A stretch of DNA of 64,000 nucleotides. Source: an uncultured Chloroflexia bacterium. GTDB lineage: Bacteria; Chloroflexota; Anaerolineae; CG2-30-64-16. The stretch covers positions 1 to 64,000 of the forward strand of contig CAVZDU010000008.1 in the NCBI GenBank assembly GCA_963774265.1, in the 5' to 3' direction. Positions 42,850 to 52,301 of the stretch are shown one piece after another. Every line of letters begins with the position of its first letter. Position 1 is the stretch's first letter. The translations under genes and the position numbers were made by a program. Under the pieces are notes generated by a model, which saw nothing but the letters and a program-made list of their open reading frames with translations, did not search any database and was not told the DNA's origin.

Positions 42850-44103
42850 TCAGCCCCAGGCGCGTTGGATCTTCGTCGCAGCCATGGCGATATCGTCGAT
42901 GTCCGTCTCATCGCCCAGCAACGCGTACTGGTAGAACCAGATGGTATTCTGGGAGGCCCACTCGGCCCGGGGGCACCCGGGCAGTTCGGGAAGGCCGTCT
43001 CCAGCAACACTGAGGCCGCGCACAGCGGCCTCGCCGCTTTCGGCCATGGCGCGGCGTATGCCAGGGACACGGTTCAGGGGCACATACCCTGGCGCGATCG
43101 GGTCGATGCCTTCACCGCACAAGGCCTCCACAAAGTGGTCACGAGAGCGCCCACCAAACGCCGCCGAATCATACCGCACGATGAATACATGGCGGGATTG
43201 CCGCGTGATGCGCGGATCTGCCTGCAGCGGATTAAGTCCGGGCACCTGGGACAGCCGCTCGACGAGGTAACGTGCATTGGCCTCGCGGCGCTCGGTCTGC
43301 TCATCCAGTCGCTCCAGTTGCGCCAGCAGTACGGCCGATTGCCATTCGGTAATGCGCAGGTTCCAGCCGACGATCTCGTGGTGGTACCACAGCCCTCCCC
43401 GCACCCGCCCCACGTTGTGGAGGGACCAGCAGGCCTCAGCCAACGCCTCGTCGTTTGTGACGATCATCCCCCCCTCACCCGCAGTGATATTCTTGCTGGA
43501 CTGGAAGCTGAACGCGCCGATATCACCAATCGCACCAACTCGGTGACCCCGCCACTCCGACCCCCATGCCTGGCAGGCATCCTCCAGGATCCGCAAGCCA
43601 TGGCGAGCTGCAATGGCGCGGAGGGCATCCATGTCCGTGGGCCGACCGCCCATGTGCACAGGCACGATCACTTTGGTGCGTGGGGTGATCGCTCTCTCCA
43701 CCTCCACAGGATCGAGGTTGTAGCTGGAAAGATCGATGTCGGCGAAGATTGGAACAGCCCCCAGGGCGATCGCAGCGTTGGCTGTGGCGACGAATGTGTA
43801 TGGCGTGGTGATAACCTCATCGCCCTGACGCACCCCAAGGGCCTTCAGCGCCAGCTCAAGCGCCAGGGTTCCATTCGGAACGCATGTCCCGAATTTGGCC
43901 CCCTGGTAAGCTGCAAAACGCGCCTGGAACTCCGCCGTCTTGCTGCCCTTCAGTGCGCCCCATTCTCCTGAATGAAGCACCTCCAGGAGCAAGTGCTCTT
44001 CGCGCTCGTCGAAGACCGGCCATTGCGGGAAGGCGGTGCGGCGGACCGGGACGCCGCCGTCGATAGCAAGTCTTGAATCTGCGGTGCTCCGTTGCACGGT
44101 CAT
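42850..44103 (-). CDS. DegT/DnrJ/EryC1/StrS family sugar aminotransferase
   Basis: NGTLAL, PYTFVAT, EDACQAWG, FSFQSSKNITAGEGG (PLP Lys). Confidence 0.92.
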   Translation of the reverse strand: MTVQRSTADSRLAIDGGVPVRRTAFPQWPVFDEREEHLLLEVLHSGEWGALKGSKTAEFQARFAAYQGAKFGTCVPNGTLALELALKALGVRQGDEVITTPYTFVATANAAIALGAVPIFADIDLSSYNLDPVEVERAITPRTKVIVPVHMGGRPTDMDALRAIAARHGLRILEDACQAWGSEWRGHRVGAIGDIGAFSFQSSKNITAGEGGMIVTNDEALAEACWSLHNVGRVRGGLWYHHEIVGWNLRITEWQSAVLLAQLERLDEQTERREANARYLVERLSQVPGLNPLQADPRITRQSRHVFIVRYDSAAFGGRSRDHFVEALCGEGIDPIAPGYVPLNRVPGIRRAMAESGEAAVRGLSVAGDGLPELPGCPRAEWASQNTIWFYQYALLGDETDIDDIAMAATKIQRAWG

Positions 44104-44118
44104 CCTCTCCTATCCTGC

Positions 44119-45291
44119 CTAACCAACGCGTACCAAGCCGCCTCGTTCGTAGCGGCCATATCGCTCGGCAGCCTCACCCAACGCCCTCAGGTTGGCGTAC
44201 GGCGTGCCCAGATTGATGCTGCCGGCCGTCGTCAACACCAACCCGCCTCCCTCGCCCACCAGCTCGATGCTGCGCCGGGCGGCGTGTGCAATCTGTTCCG
44301 GAGCGCCGTCCTTCAACAGCAGCGGAGGGATACAGCCGTAGATGATGGCGCCCGGCAGCTTGTGACGTATCACCGCAGGATCGGTCTCAGGGTCTGGGTT
44401 GATTCCGTTGACGCCCAGGTCGTGAAAAAAGTCCAGAAGGTGACCCACTCGTGCATCGTTATGTAAAAATCGGTCGTCTTCTGGATCCGGCGCGAGCTCG
44501 CCGTAGATCTTCTCATAGACCGGCATAAAGAAACGCCGAAAGTACCCCGGCGATACCAGGCCGCCAACATCATCAAACACACCCACCCCGGTCATCGGCG
44601 CACCTGTGAGTGCACGTATGGTGCGAGAGTAGCGGACCGTCACCTCAGCGATCGTGGCGAGCAGGCTCCTCACCAGATCGGGGTGGTCGTGCATGGCGAG
44701 CATCATATCGTTGATGCCGAAAAGGAAACCAAGGATGGTTCCCGGCCCGTGGACCGATGTCGAGTCATGGAGTATCCGCCATCGGTAGGGCCGGTTCAGC
44801 GCGCGGTACGAGCCGATGTACCACGGAACCAGGCCGACCTGCGACAGGTCGGCCTTCTCCATCGCCGATATCAGTTGCTTGATGTCTTCCGGCCCATGGA
44901 TGATGTGGTTCAACCAAGGCGTCGACTCCGCTGGATACTCTATTGTCATTCCGTACACGGAGCCATGCAGCAGCGAGGAAGAGTCCACCTTCGCCTTCAG
45001 ATGTAGTCCGATCTCATCCAGAAGGATGGCCGCACAGGCATCCCGGACCCGGTGCTGATAACCGAAATCCTGGATGTACCGGCGATACTCGGCGCCCATC
45101 CGCTCGATGATCCAGTCTTCCCCCAACTCCACAAGAATGGGCACGCGTGAGCGCGCCGGAGAGAACGCAGGTCGGACGGGACGGGCATCCCCGAGAGCCG
45201 GATTTGACTCCCCGTACAGACAGCGGTCGTTCTCCGCCCAAAATGCACGCCACCAAGCGAAATCTCCGCTCTGTGTTTTACCAGGCGCCAC
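44119..45291 (-). CDS. uroporphyrinogen decarboxylase/MtaA-fold (URO-D-like) protein
   Basis: VSPGYFRRFFMPVYEKI, FLHND, IYGCIPPLLLKDG.PEQI, GGGLVL, GTPYANL. Confidence 0.75.
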   Translation of the reverse strand: MAPGKTQSGDFAWWRAFWAENDRCLYGESNPALGDARPVRPAFSPARSRVPILVELGEDWIIERMGAEYRRYIQDFGYQHRVRDACAAILLDEIGLHLKAKVDSSSLLHGSVYGMTIEYPAESTPWLNHIIHGPEDIKQLISAMEKADLSQVGLVPWYIGSYRALNRPYRWRILHDSTSVHGPGTILGFLFGINDMMLAMHDHPDLVRSLLATIAEVTVRYSRTIRALTGAPMTGVGVFDDVGGLVSPGYFRRFFMPVYEKIYGELAPDPEDDRFLHNDARVGHLLDFFHDLGVNGINPDPETDPAVIRHKLPGAIIYGCIPPLLLKDGAPEQIAHAARRSIELVGEGGGLVLTTAGSINLGTPYANLRALGEAAERYGRYERGGLVRVG

Positions 45292-45293
45292 GA

Positions 45294-45641
45294 TCAGTCC
45301 TCCGCTAACATCCGGGTCACGTAGACGTACTCGATACGCTCCCCCGATGCCACCAATACATCATGATCGGTGGCGGGCGGGATATCCACCACGCACGGCG
45401 CCTCGATTTCGATCCGCTCGTCGCCGCGAACCAGGGTGCCCCGGCCTTTCAGGACGACAAAGGCCTGATGCCAGGTCGGGTGACAGCCCAGTCCATTGCG
45501 CCCTGGCCCCTCGACGATATCGTAGCCCACTACAACACCGGGCACGATGCCACGCGGCACGACATCCCGACAAGTCTGGTTCTGCGATCCTGGATCACTG
45601 TAAGTAGGTATTTCGGCAAACGTCTTGTGATAGGTAGTCAT
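45294..45641 (-). CDS. cupin-domain protein
   Basis: CHPTWHQAFVVLKGRG...IPPATDHDV. Confidence 0.8.
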   Translation of the reverse strand: MTTYHKTFAEIPTYSDPGSQNQTCRDVVPRGIVPGVVVGYDIVEGPGRNGLGCHPTWHQAFVVLKGRGTLVRGDERIEIEAPCVVDIPPATDHDVLVASGERIEYVYVTRMLAED

Positions 45642-45650
45642 TGACGCTCC

Positions 45651-46427
45651 TTATCGGCTCAATGCGGGAAACAGGTGTCGGGCATTCTCACCCATGACCA
45701 GGCGCAACTCCGCATCGGAGAGACCGGCATCCTCCATCGCGCCGACCATATGTGAAACGGCAAACAGGTTGGCATCGGTGCCGAATAACACCCGTTCCGG
45801 GCCTACGGCGTCGATGGCAGCTCGAACCTTTTCCGGGTCAGTCCAACTACTGCACAACTCCAGGTACAGGTTTGGGGCCTCTCTTCCCACGCGCGCGCCT
45901 TCCCACCAGGCATCACCACCCATGTGGCCCAGGATGAATGACACCTCGGGAAAGGCCTTCGCGGCCGGCAGCACGTTCCAGGGAGACTCGATCGCGGACC
46001 CGAAGGTGTGAACAAGGATGGGCACGCGGTACTTGGCCACCTCCGCAGCGAGCTCCATGCCTTCCGGTGTATCGAAGCGATGCCTGGACAGGCTCTGGTG
46101 CACCTTAACACCGATGAATTGACCGCCGAAAGGCGAACCGGCCCCAAGGTAGCGCGCCAACTCACCCGCGGCCCGCTCTGGATAGTTCAGGTTCACCGAA
46201 ACATAACCCCAAAGTTGGGGAAGACCGCGTATCTCATCGGCCAGGGCACGGTTGCCCTCGGTCGCGTCGTACACGATGGCCAGGCTGTGCGACGCAATGG
46301 TGGCCTCAATCCCGTGCGTCTGCATCTCCGCAGCCAACTCGGCAGCAGTTGCCTGTTTGATCGGGTAAGACCACCTGCCGAGGTGGGCGTGGACGTCGAC
46401 CATGCGCAATGATCGGAGGTCGTTCAT
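45651..46427 (-). CDS. amidohydrolase_2 family metal-dependent hydrolase
   Basis: DVHAHLG, GVKVH, LVHT, LGHMGG, LFGTD. Confidence 0.88.
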   Translation of the reverse strand: MNDLRSLRMVDVHAHLGRWSYPIKQATAAELAAEMQTHGIEATIASHSLAIVYDATEGNRALADEIRGLPQLWGYVSVNLNYPERAAGELARYLGAGSPFGGQFIGVKVHQSLSRHRFDTPEGMELAAEVAKYRVPILVHTFGSAIESPWNVLPAAKAFPEVSFILGHMGGDAWWEGARVGREAPNLYLELCSSWTDPEKVRAAIDAVGPERVLFGTDANLFAVSHMVGAMEDAGLSDAELRLVMGENARHLFPALSR

Positions 46428-47137
46428 GGCTTTCTCCCCAGCAGTCGGCGCAAATTGCCGCCCAGAATCGCCTGCCTGCTCTCGGGCGTTATGTCCGCCG
46501 ATATGACCCGCTTCAGTGCGGCGCCCAGGGCGGATAGCGGCGCACCGGAGCCGAAGATCAAACGCCCTGGGCCCATCTCGGATATCAGCATCTCGAGAGC
46601 TCCTGGCCCGTGCAACTGTCGCGTCGACACATAGAATCCTGCTCCTTCCTCCATTACTGCCAGGAGATCGGCCATCTGATAGTAGTGGGCGCCCAGGATG
46701 ACCGGAACGCGTACTCCGGCGGTGGCACGCGCCACCGCGCTGGGCTGACCGTAGATGAACAACACTGCGCCAGCATCCTCCAACGCACCGAGCACGCGGC
46801 GAAACGGCGCCAGATCGAGGGTCCAGCCCTGGTGCTCGGGGAACAGCCTCCACAGCTTCACGCCGGCCTCGGTCAGGCGCCGGATCTCGTCACGGTACCC
46901 CGCGAATCGTCGCAGGTCGATCGTGCCGACCGGGACGAGTCGCGGTTCGCTCGCACACCACCCCAAAGTCTCGCTGTTGCCGGCCAGGTCATCGTAGAAG
47001 ATGCCCCTGGCCGAGACAACGCAGCTCTCCGCTACGCCGTGCAGCTCCATCATCTCAAGAAGTCGTCGGATGGAGATGTCCGCTCGCCGGATAGGCCAGC
47101 TCCCCGCCAGCGTGTCAAGGTCCAGAATGTCTTCCAT
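46424..47137 (-). CDS. amidohydrolase-fold protein with degenerate metal ligands
   Basis: Same fold pattern as its neighbour, but DLDTLAG replaces DxHxH and FGSGAP replaces FGTD. Confidence 0.75.
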   Translation of the reverse strand: MEDILDLDTLAGSWPIRRADISIRRLLEMMELHGVAESCVVSARGIFYDDLAGNSETLGWCASEPRLVPVGTIDLRRFAGYRDEIRRLTEAGVKLWRLFPEHQGWTLDLAPFRRVLGALEDAGAVLFIYGQPSAVARATAGVRVPVILGAHYYQMADLLAVMEEGAGFYVSTRQLHGPGALEMLISEMGPGRLIFGSGAPLSALGAALKRVISADITPESRQAILGGNLRRLLGRKP

Positions 47138-47170
47138 CACTACAGTCCTCTTATGCAACCGACTTGAATT

Positions 47171-48479
47171 TCACGCCAGGTGATCCCGACGGACATCGGC
47201 CATGGCACCCTGGATCGCCTCCAGTGCCCTGCTCATATCCTGCTCGGTGTGCGCGGCGGAGAAGCCATGATGCGCCGACACGTGGAAATAGACCCCGCGA
47301 CGAATGCACCCCGCGATGAAAGTGTACAACATGTCCATGTCCTGCTGCGCGGCCTGGCGGTAGTTGCGAACGTGCTCCGTCACGCCGAAGTAGAGGCCAA
47401 ACCGTGGGCCGACATGCTGCAACTTCACCGGCACGCCACTCCGGGCGATAATCTCCCGAAAACCGCGGTAGAAGATCTCCCCAATCGCATCCATCCGTTC
47501 GTAGAAGCCGGGCTCGTTGTAGATCGCCAGTGCAGCGCGCGCGGCCAGCACTGTGGTGAGATGTGCCAGGTAGGTGCCGCTATGCTCGCTCTGCCCCACC
47601 GGCCGCAGGTTGAGCATCACATCCCGCTTTCCTGCAATCGCGCTGATCGGCATGCCGCCGCCAAAGGCCTTGCCCAAAACGCACAGGTCAGGTGTCACGC
47701 CAAGATAAGCTTGCCGCGCCACCGGGGGCCATTCGAAACGCGGTCAACACCTCATCGAAGAACAGCACCACTCCGTGACGACTGCACAACTCCCGGCACA
47801 ATTGCACGAAGCCCGGGTCAGGTGTGATACAGCCCGAGTCGTAGTTGATCGGCTCCATGACCAGCGTCGCAATCTCGCTGCCATGATGGGCAAAGGCAGC
47901 CTCGAGGGAAGACGGGTCGTTGAAGGGTATGACGATGATCAGTGAGTCCAGCGCAGCCGGCATTCCTGCCGATTGACGGTACGGTCGGGGCGCGGCGGCC
48001 GGTCCAGCGCGATCGAGCGGCGGGGCCGAACTGTAGTAGAGATAGTCTACGTAGCCGTGAAAATGGCCTTCGAATTTCAGCACAACCTCGCGGCTGGTGG
48101 CAGCGCGCGCCAGGCGCAGGGCGTGCATCATCGTCTCGGTGCCCGAGCCTGCGAAACGGACCATCTCCGCACACGGGATCATCTCGCATACCTGCTGCGC
48201 GAGTGCAGAATGGTGTTCCGTCTCGTATGCGCAGATGACCCCCATTTCCAGCGCTTGTGTTACGGCCTCTTTGATCGCGGGATGGTTATGCCCCAGCAGT
48301 GACGCGCCGTGGGACGTACACATGTCGACGTACTCGCGGCCCTCCTGGTCATAGACATGGGGTCCATCTCCACGCGACACGTAGAACGGGTGCCCGATCG
48401 CCGCGTTGACGCGGGCCGAGGCCGATACGCCCCCGGGAATATAGCGTTGCGCGAAAGTGTATAGGTCCTGAGTGTTCAC
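47171..48479 (-). CDS. class III aminotransferase (glutamate-1-semialdehyde aminomutase-like); apparent frameshift near 47720
   Basis: IPGGVS, LLGHNHP, SGTETMM, KFEGHFHG, FDEVLTAFR, LGKAFGGGMP. Confidence 0.85.
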
Positions 48480-48510
48480 AAACTAGTTCCTCACCTATGT
48501 GACCATGTGC

Positions 48511-48544
48511 AAAAGAAACGGTGCCGGCTCCAGCGCCGGCACCG
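48511..48544 (-). terminator. intrinsic terminator-like hairpin after the ABC permeases
   Basis: Stem CGGTGCCGGC/GCCGGCACCG (48519-48544) followed on the minus strand by TTTCTTTT. Confidence 0.6.
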
Positions 48545-48601
48545 CCCGTCCTGTTGAAGCTCACGACAGACAGGAAATCCTGTTTGCCAGGCAGAGCAGT
48601 T

Positions 48602-49447
48602 TCATCCTTTCACTGCACCCAGTGTGACGCCGCGCTGGATCTGCTTCCGGAAGAGGAAGTATACCAGCAACACAGGCATGAAGCTGAACACCGAGGCCGC
48701 GGAGATTGGCCCGAAGTCGACGGTGAAGGCGTTCTGGAAGAACCCCAGGCCCAACTCCATATTGTACATCTCGGTTCGTCGAGTGACGAGCAAGGGCCAG
48801 ATGAAGGCGGCCCAGGCCTGCATGAAGGCCAGAATGGCCAACGCCCCAATGGCGGATTTGGAAAGAGGCAAAACCATCGTACTGAAGACGCGCCAGTCGG
48901 AGGCTCCGTCCATCCGCGCAGCTTCAAGAAGTTCGTCCGGAATGCCATGCCCGATGTTCTGGCGCATGAAGAAGATGCCGAAGCTCATGATCAGGTAGGG
49001 CGCCACCATGCCCTGGTAGGTGTTAAGCCACTTCAGCTTAACCATGGTCATGAACAGGGGCAGGATGTAAACTTCGAGCGGCACCATGGCGGTGAGCAGG
49101 ATGATCCCGAAGAGCAGGTTGCGCCCTGGGAATTTGTACTTGCTGAACACATAGCCGGCCAGGGTCGATGTCAGAATGATGCCGATCGTGGAGACCGTCG
49201 ACATGACGATGCTGTTGAAGAAGAAACGCACGAAGGGCGCAGCTGTGCGCAGTTTGGCGTAGTTTTCGAGCGTAGGGTTGATGGGAATCATGTTGGGAGG
49301 CCAGGCGATGACTTCAGTCGCCGGCTTGAATGATGTGGAGATCATCCAAAGGAAAGGAAGCACCATGATCACGCTGAGCAGGATCAAGATGGTCCAGACC
49401 AGGATCCGGCCCGGCACGCCAAGCTGTAAGATGCGCGTCTGATCCAT
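48602..49447 (-). CDS. carbohydrate ABC transporter permease (MalG-like)
   Basis: PFLWMISTSFK, IPDELLEAARMDGA. Confidence 0.93.
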   Translation of the reverse strand: MDQTRILQLGVPGRILVWTILILLSVIMVLPFLWMISTSFKPATEVIAWPPNMIPINPTLENYAKLRTAAPFVRFFFNSIVMSTVSTIGIILTSTLAGYVFSKYKFPGRNLLFGIILLTAMVPLEVYILPLFMTMVKLKWLNTYQGMVAPYLIMSFGIFFMRQNIGHGIPDELLEAARMDGASDWRVFSTMVLPLSKSAIGALAILAFMQAWAAFIWPLLVTRRTEMYNMELGLGFFQNAFTVDFGPISAASVFSFMPVLLVYFLFRKQIQRGVTLGAVKG

Positions 49448-49459
49448 AGGTTGTCTCCT

Positions 49460-50419
49460 CTACTCGCTGCGAACCAGGCGGAACTGAGCGACGGTCAACA
49501 CCAGGATGATCAGGAACAGGACGAGGGCCTCTGCCGATGCATAGCCGATGCGCTGGAAATTGAAAGCGTTCAGGTACATGTCATAGACCAGCACCCGTAG
49601 GGTGATGCCGCCCGTGCCTTGCGCGGCCTGGGTCATGACGTAGACCGGCGTGAATACGTTGAAAGCGTTAATGGTCGAAATAACCAGCACGAACAAGCTG
49701 ATGGGCATCAGCAGCGGCCAGGTGATGTTCTTAAACGACTGCCAGAAACTGGCTCCGTCGAGCGCCGCGGCCTCGTAGTACTCTAGGGAGATGGCCCGGA
49801 TGCCCACCAGAAAGATGACCATGTTGTAGCCAATCACCTTCCAGATGCCCAGGACGATGATCGCCCACTTGGCCGTCTCAGGATGAAGCAACCAGCCCAC
49901 CGGCGCGACGCCGAAAAGCGAGAGAAAGTAGTTCAACAGGCCCACAGACGGGTCGTAAATCCACTTCCAGGCAATCGAAACCGGGACCCAGGGCGTGATC
50001 ACCGGGATGAAGTAGATTAGCTCAAAAAAAGAGGACCCTCTTGGCAGCGCACCTGCGAGGAGCACGGCCAGGGCCAGGCCGATCGCCACGCCGATGATCA
50101 CGGTCACGAAGGCGTACTGCGTGGTGTAGCCGATGGCGCCGAGGAAACTCGGATCTGTGGCCATCTCCTGAAAATTGGACAGGCCAACGAAGTTACTGGG
50201 CAGGTTGGGCATCTTGAGGTCTGTCAGGCTCAGCCAGAAGCTCTGCAGAATCGGGATGATGCGGATGACCACATAGATTGCCAACACCGGCAACAAGGCC
50301 AGATAGGCAAATATCCAGCGGTCCAGTTCATATTGGGGAACATGGAACAAGCGTCGAGCGAGGCTCTGCTTGCCGTCCGGCACAGGCGTACTTTGCTGAC
50401 GAAGACTGTTCATAGTCAC
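49460..50419 (-). CDS. carbohydrate ABC transporter permease (MalF-like)
   Basis: FVGLSNF, WKVIGYNMVIFL, YYEAAALDGAS. Confidence 0.93.
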   Translation of the reverse strand: MTMNSLRQQSTPVPDGKQSLARRLFHVPQYELDRWIFAYLALLPVLAIYVVIRIIPILQSFWLSLTDLKMPNLPSNFVGLSNFQEMATDPSFLGAIGYTTQYAFVTVIIGVAIGLALAVLLAGALPRGSSFFELIYFIPVITPWVPVSIAWKWIYDPSVGLLNYFLSLFGVAPVGWLLHPETAKWAIIVLGIWKVIGYNMVIFLVGIRAISLEYYEAAALDGASFWQSFKNITWPLLMPISLFVLVISTINAFNVFTPVYVMTQAAQGTGGITLRVLVYDMYLNAFNFQRIGYASAEALVLFLIILVLTVAQFRLVRSE

Positions 50420-50569
50420 TCCCTGTCAAGCGAGCCGGTGGAAGGTGCCTGGATGTGCGACCTGCGCGAGTCAGGTGTTGTGAGCCCCGACGTGGTGCGC
50501 CGGACCGGCGGAGCGGACAAAGGTGAGGAAGTTGTCCTGCCCCGCCGGGGTCGTCGACGACGTGTAAGG

Positions 50570-51958
50570 CTACTCGCCGCCTTTACCGTCACGCTTCAGG
50601 ATAGCATTGCCTTCAGCCGCAGCATCATCCAGCACTTTCTTGATGCCTTCCCGGTTGTTGGCAAGGCTGGCATCCAGGTATGCATTGACCAGCCGTTCTG
50701 AGTACTTGGTCTGGATCTCGTCAAACACACCCAGAGGCGGGTACTTGTAATATTCGTACGCCGGATCGTTGACCATGAAAGCCTTGAAAGCGGGTTTCTT
50801 CGCCAGGATCTCAGAGAAGTCAACGTCCTGGCGCGAGGGTAGCCAGCCGACCTCATCCAGCACCATCTTCTGGTATTCGGGCTGAATCATGAAGAGGGCA
50901 AAGGTCCAGGCGAGATCAGGATCCTTCGCACTCTTGTTGACCCAGAAGCCCATGGGATTGCGCAAGGTGCCCCAACGGGCATCCTTAGGCATAGGCATGG
51001 TGCCATACTTCAGATCTGGGGCCTTCTTGGCGATATCGCCAATGACCCAGGTCTCGCGCTGGAACATGCAGGATTGGCCGAGCTCGAATCCCTGGGCATC
51101 GTGTTGTATGTCGATGCTATCGGTCTTCCAATTGTAGAGCATGTCAATATAGGTCTGCAGGTTCTTCTGGCCACCCTCGCTATTGAGGGTAACCTTGTAC
51201 TTGTTGTCGCCCGCAGGCTGCCAGGAATCCAGGCCACGCGGATAGCCCATGATCCAGAATTTCTCACCCACGCCGCTGCCCTGACCCGAAAGGCGCAAGC
51301 TGAAGCCGGCGCGCGTCACCTTACCGGACGCATCATACTTGGTCATCTTCTTTGCGGCGTCGATGAAGGCATCCCATTCCATCGGCTTGTCGCTCGCAGG
51401 TTCCGCCAGACCGGCTTCTTTGAAGCAGTCTTTGTTGTAGAAAATCGCCGCGCGGCCCTCAAAGAAGGGTACCACGTAGCGGGTGCCGTTCACCGTAAAG
51501 TAGCCGGTAACCCAGTCGTCCCAATAGCCCTTGGTCTGATCGGCCACCCATTGAGGCAACGCAGGCATGAGGCCCGCCTCAATGAACTTGAAGTTGGCAT
51601 AGAGCGAGCCTTCGTAAACATCGGGTCCCGTGTCGGTCGGCACTGAACTGGCCAGCTTCTGCTCATGATCGCGCAGCGCGCTGGTGAGGATATTGACCTT
51701 CACCTTGGGATACTTGGCCTGGAAGTCAGCGGCCACCTTGTCATAGACCGGCTTAAACTCGGGATAACCGCTCCAGAAAGTAAGCTCGCCGGAGAACTCT
51801 TTAGCAGGGGCGGCAGCTGGGGCAGCAGTGGCGCCGGCAGGTGCAGCAGCGGCGGGTGCGGCGGTCGGTGCAGCGGCAGGCGCCGCGCACGACATCAGAA
51901 AAGACGCCACGATGAGCAGCGACACGAAAAGGGGCAAACGCGGAATTCTGCTGGTCAC
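50570..51958 (-). CDS. sugar ABC transporter substrate-binding lipoprotein
   Basis: Signal peptide with lipobox LMSC, Ala/Pro/Thr-rich tether, GPDVY, IFYNKDCFKEAG. Confidence 0.9.
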   Translation of the reverse strand: MTSRIPRLPLFVSLLIVASFLMSCAAPAAAPTAAPAAAAPAGATAAPAAAPAKEFSGELTFWSGYPEFKPVYDKVAADFQAKYPKVKVNILTSALRDHEQKLASSVPTDTGPDVYEGSLYANFKFIEAGLMPALPQWVADQTKGYWDDWVTGYFTVNGTRYVVPFFEGRAAIFYNKDCFKEAGLAEPASDKPMEWDAFIDAAKKMTKYDASGKVTRAGFSLRLSGQGSGVGEKFWIMGYPRGLDSWQPAGDNKYKVTLNSEGGQKNLQTYIDMLYNWKTDSIDIQHDAQGFELGQSCMFQRETWVIGDIAKKAPDLKYGTMPMPKDARWGTLRNPMGFWVNKSAKDPDLAWTFALFMIQPEYQKMVLDEVGWLPSRQDVDFSEILAKKPAFKAFMVNDPAYEYYKYPPLGVFDEIQTKYSERLVNAYLDASLANNREGIKKVLDDAAAEGNAILKRDGKGGE

Positions 51959-52106
51959 TTCGGATCCTCCTACATTGAGATGTCACATGATCACAGATCA
52001 ACAGGGGCAACGGTCGGGGTTTACTGGCAGTCGGTCTCCCTTCGTACGAAGTCCGCTAGATGCCAAGCGGACCGGCACCAAAGAACATGGCTTACCATGC
52101 GGGGAG

Positions 52107-52136
52107 AATATACCATGTCACGGACATTTGTGTCAA
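52107..52136 (-). promoter_or_regulatory. sigma70 promoter of the ABC/catabolic operon
   Basis: Minus strand TTGACA (52136-52131), 18-bp spacer, TGgTATATT. Confidence 0.55.
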
Positions 52137-52301
52137 CACACCCGCCGATAGCGCCAGAGTGAGATGGGGTGCCTTGCCGCTTGAGAGTCAACTCGCAGCC
52201 GGCCGCTTAATCCGTGGTACAATGGCACGCGAGAAGCGAAAAGTCGGTGACGTCGTGAGGGTAACCCATCGTGCCCGCACAAATCGAAACGGAAGCGGTA
52301 C

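Noticed and set aside
42823-43971. 382-aa plus-strand ORF
   Set aside because: Antisense shadow of the DegT aminotransferase; no motifs; expected in high-GC DNA.
44119-48479. Heme biosynthesis genes hemE/hemL
   Set aside because: No other hem genes nearby, the context is a sugar ABC catabolic operon, and the URO-D-fold protein lacks the HemE N-terminal RQAGR motif.
51805-51890. GCA/GCG-rich repeat
   Set aside because: It encodes the Ala/Pro/Thr tether of the lipoprotein and is not an independent DNA repeat.
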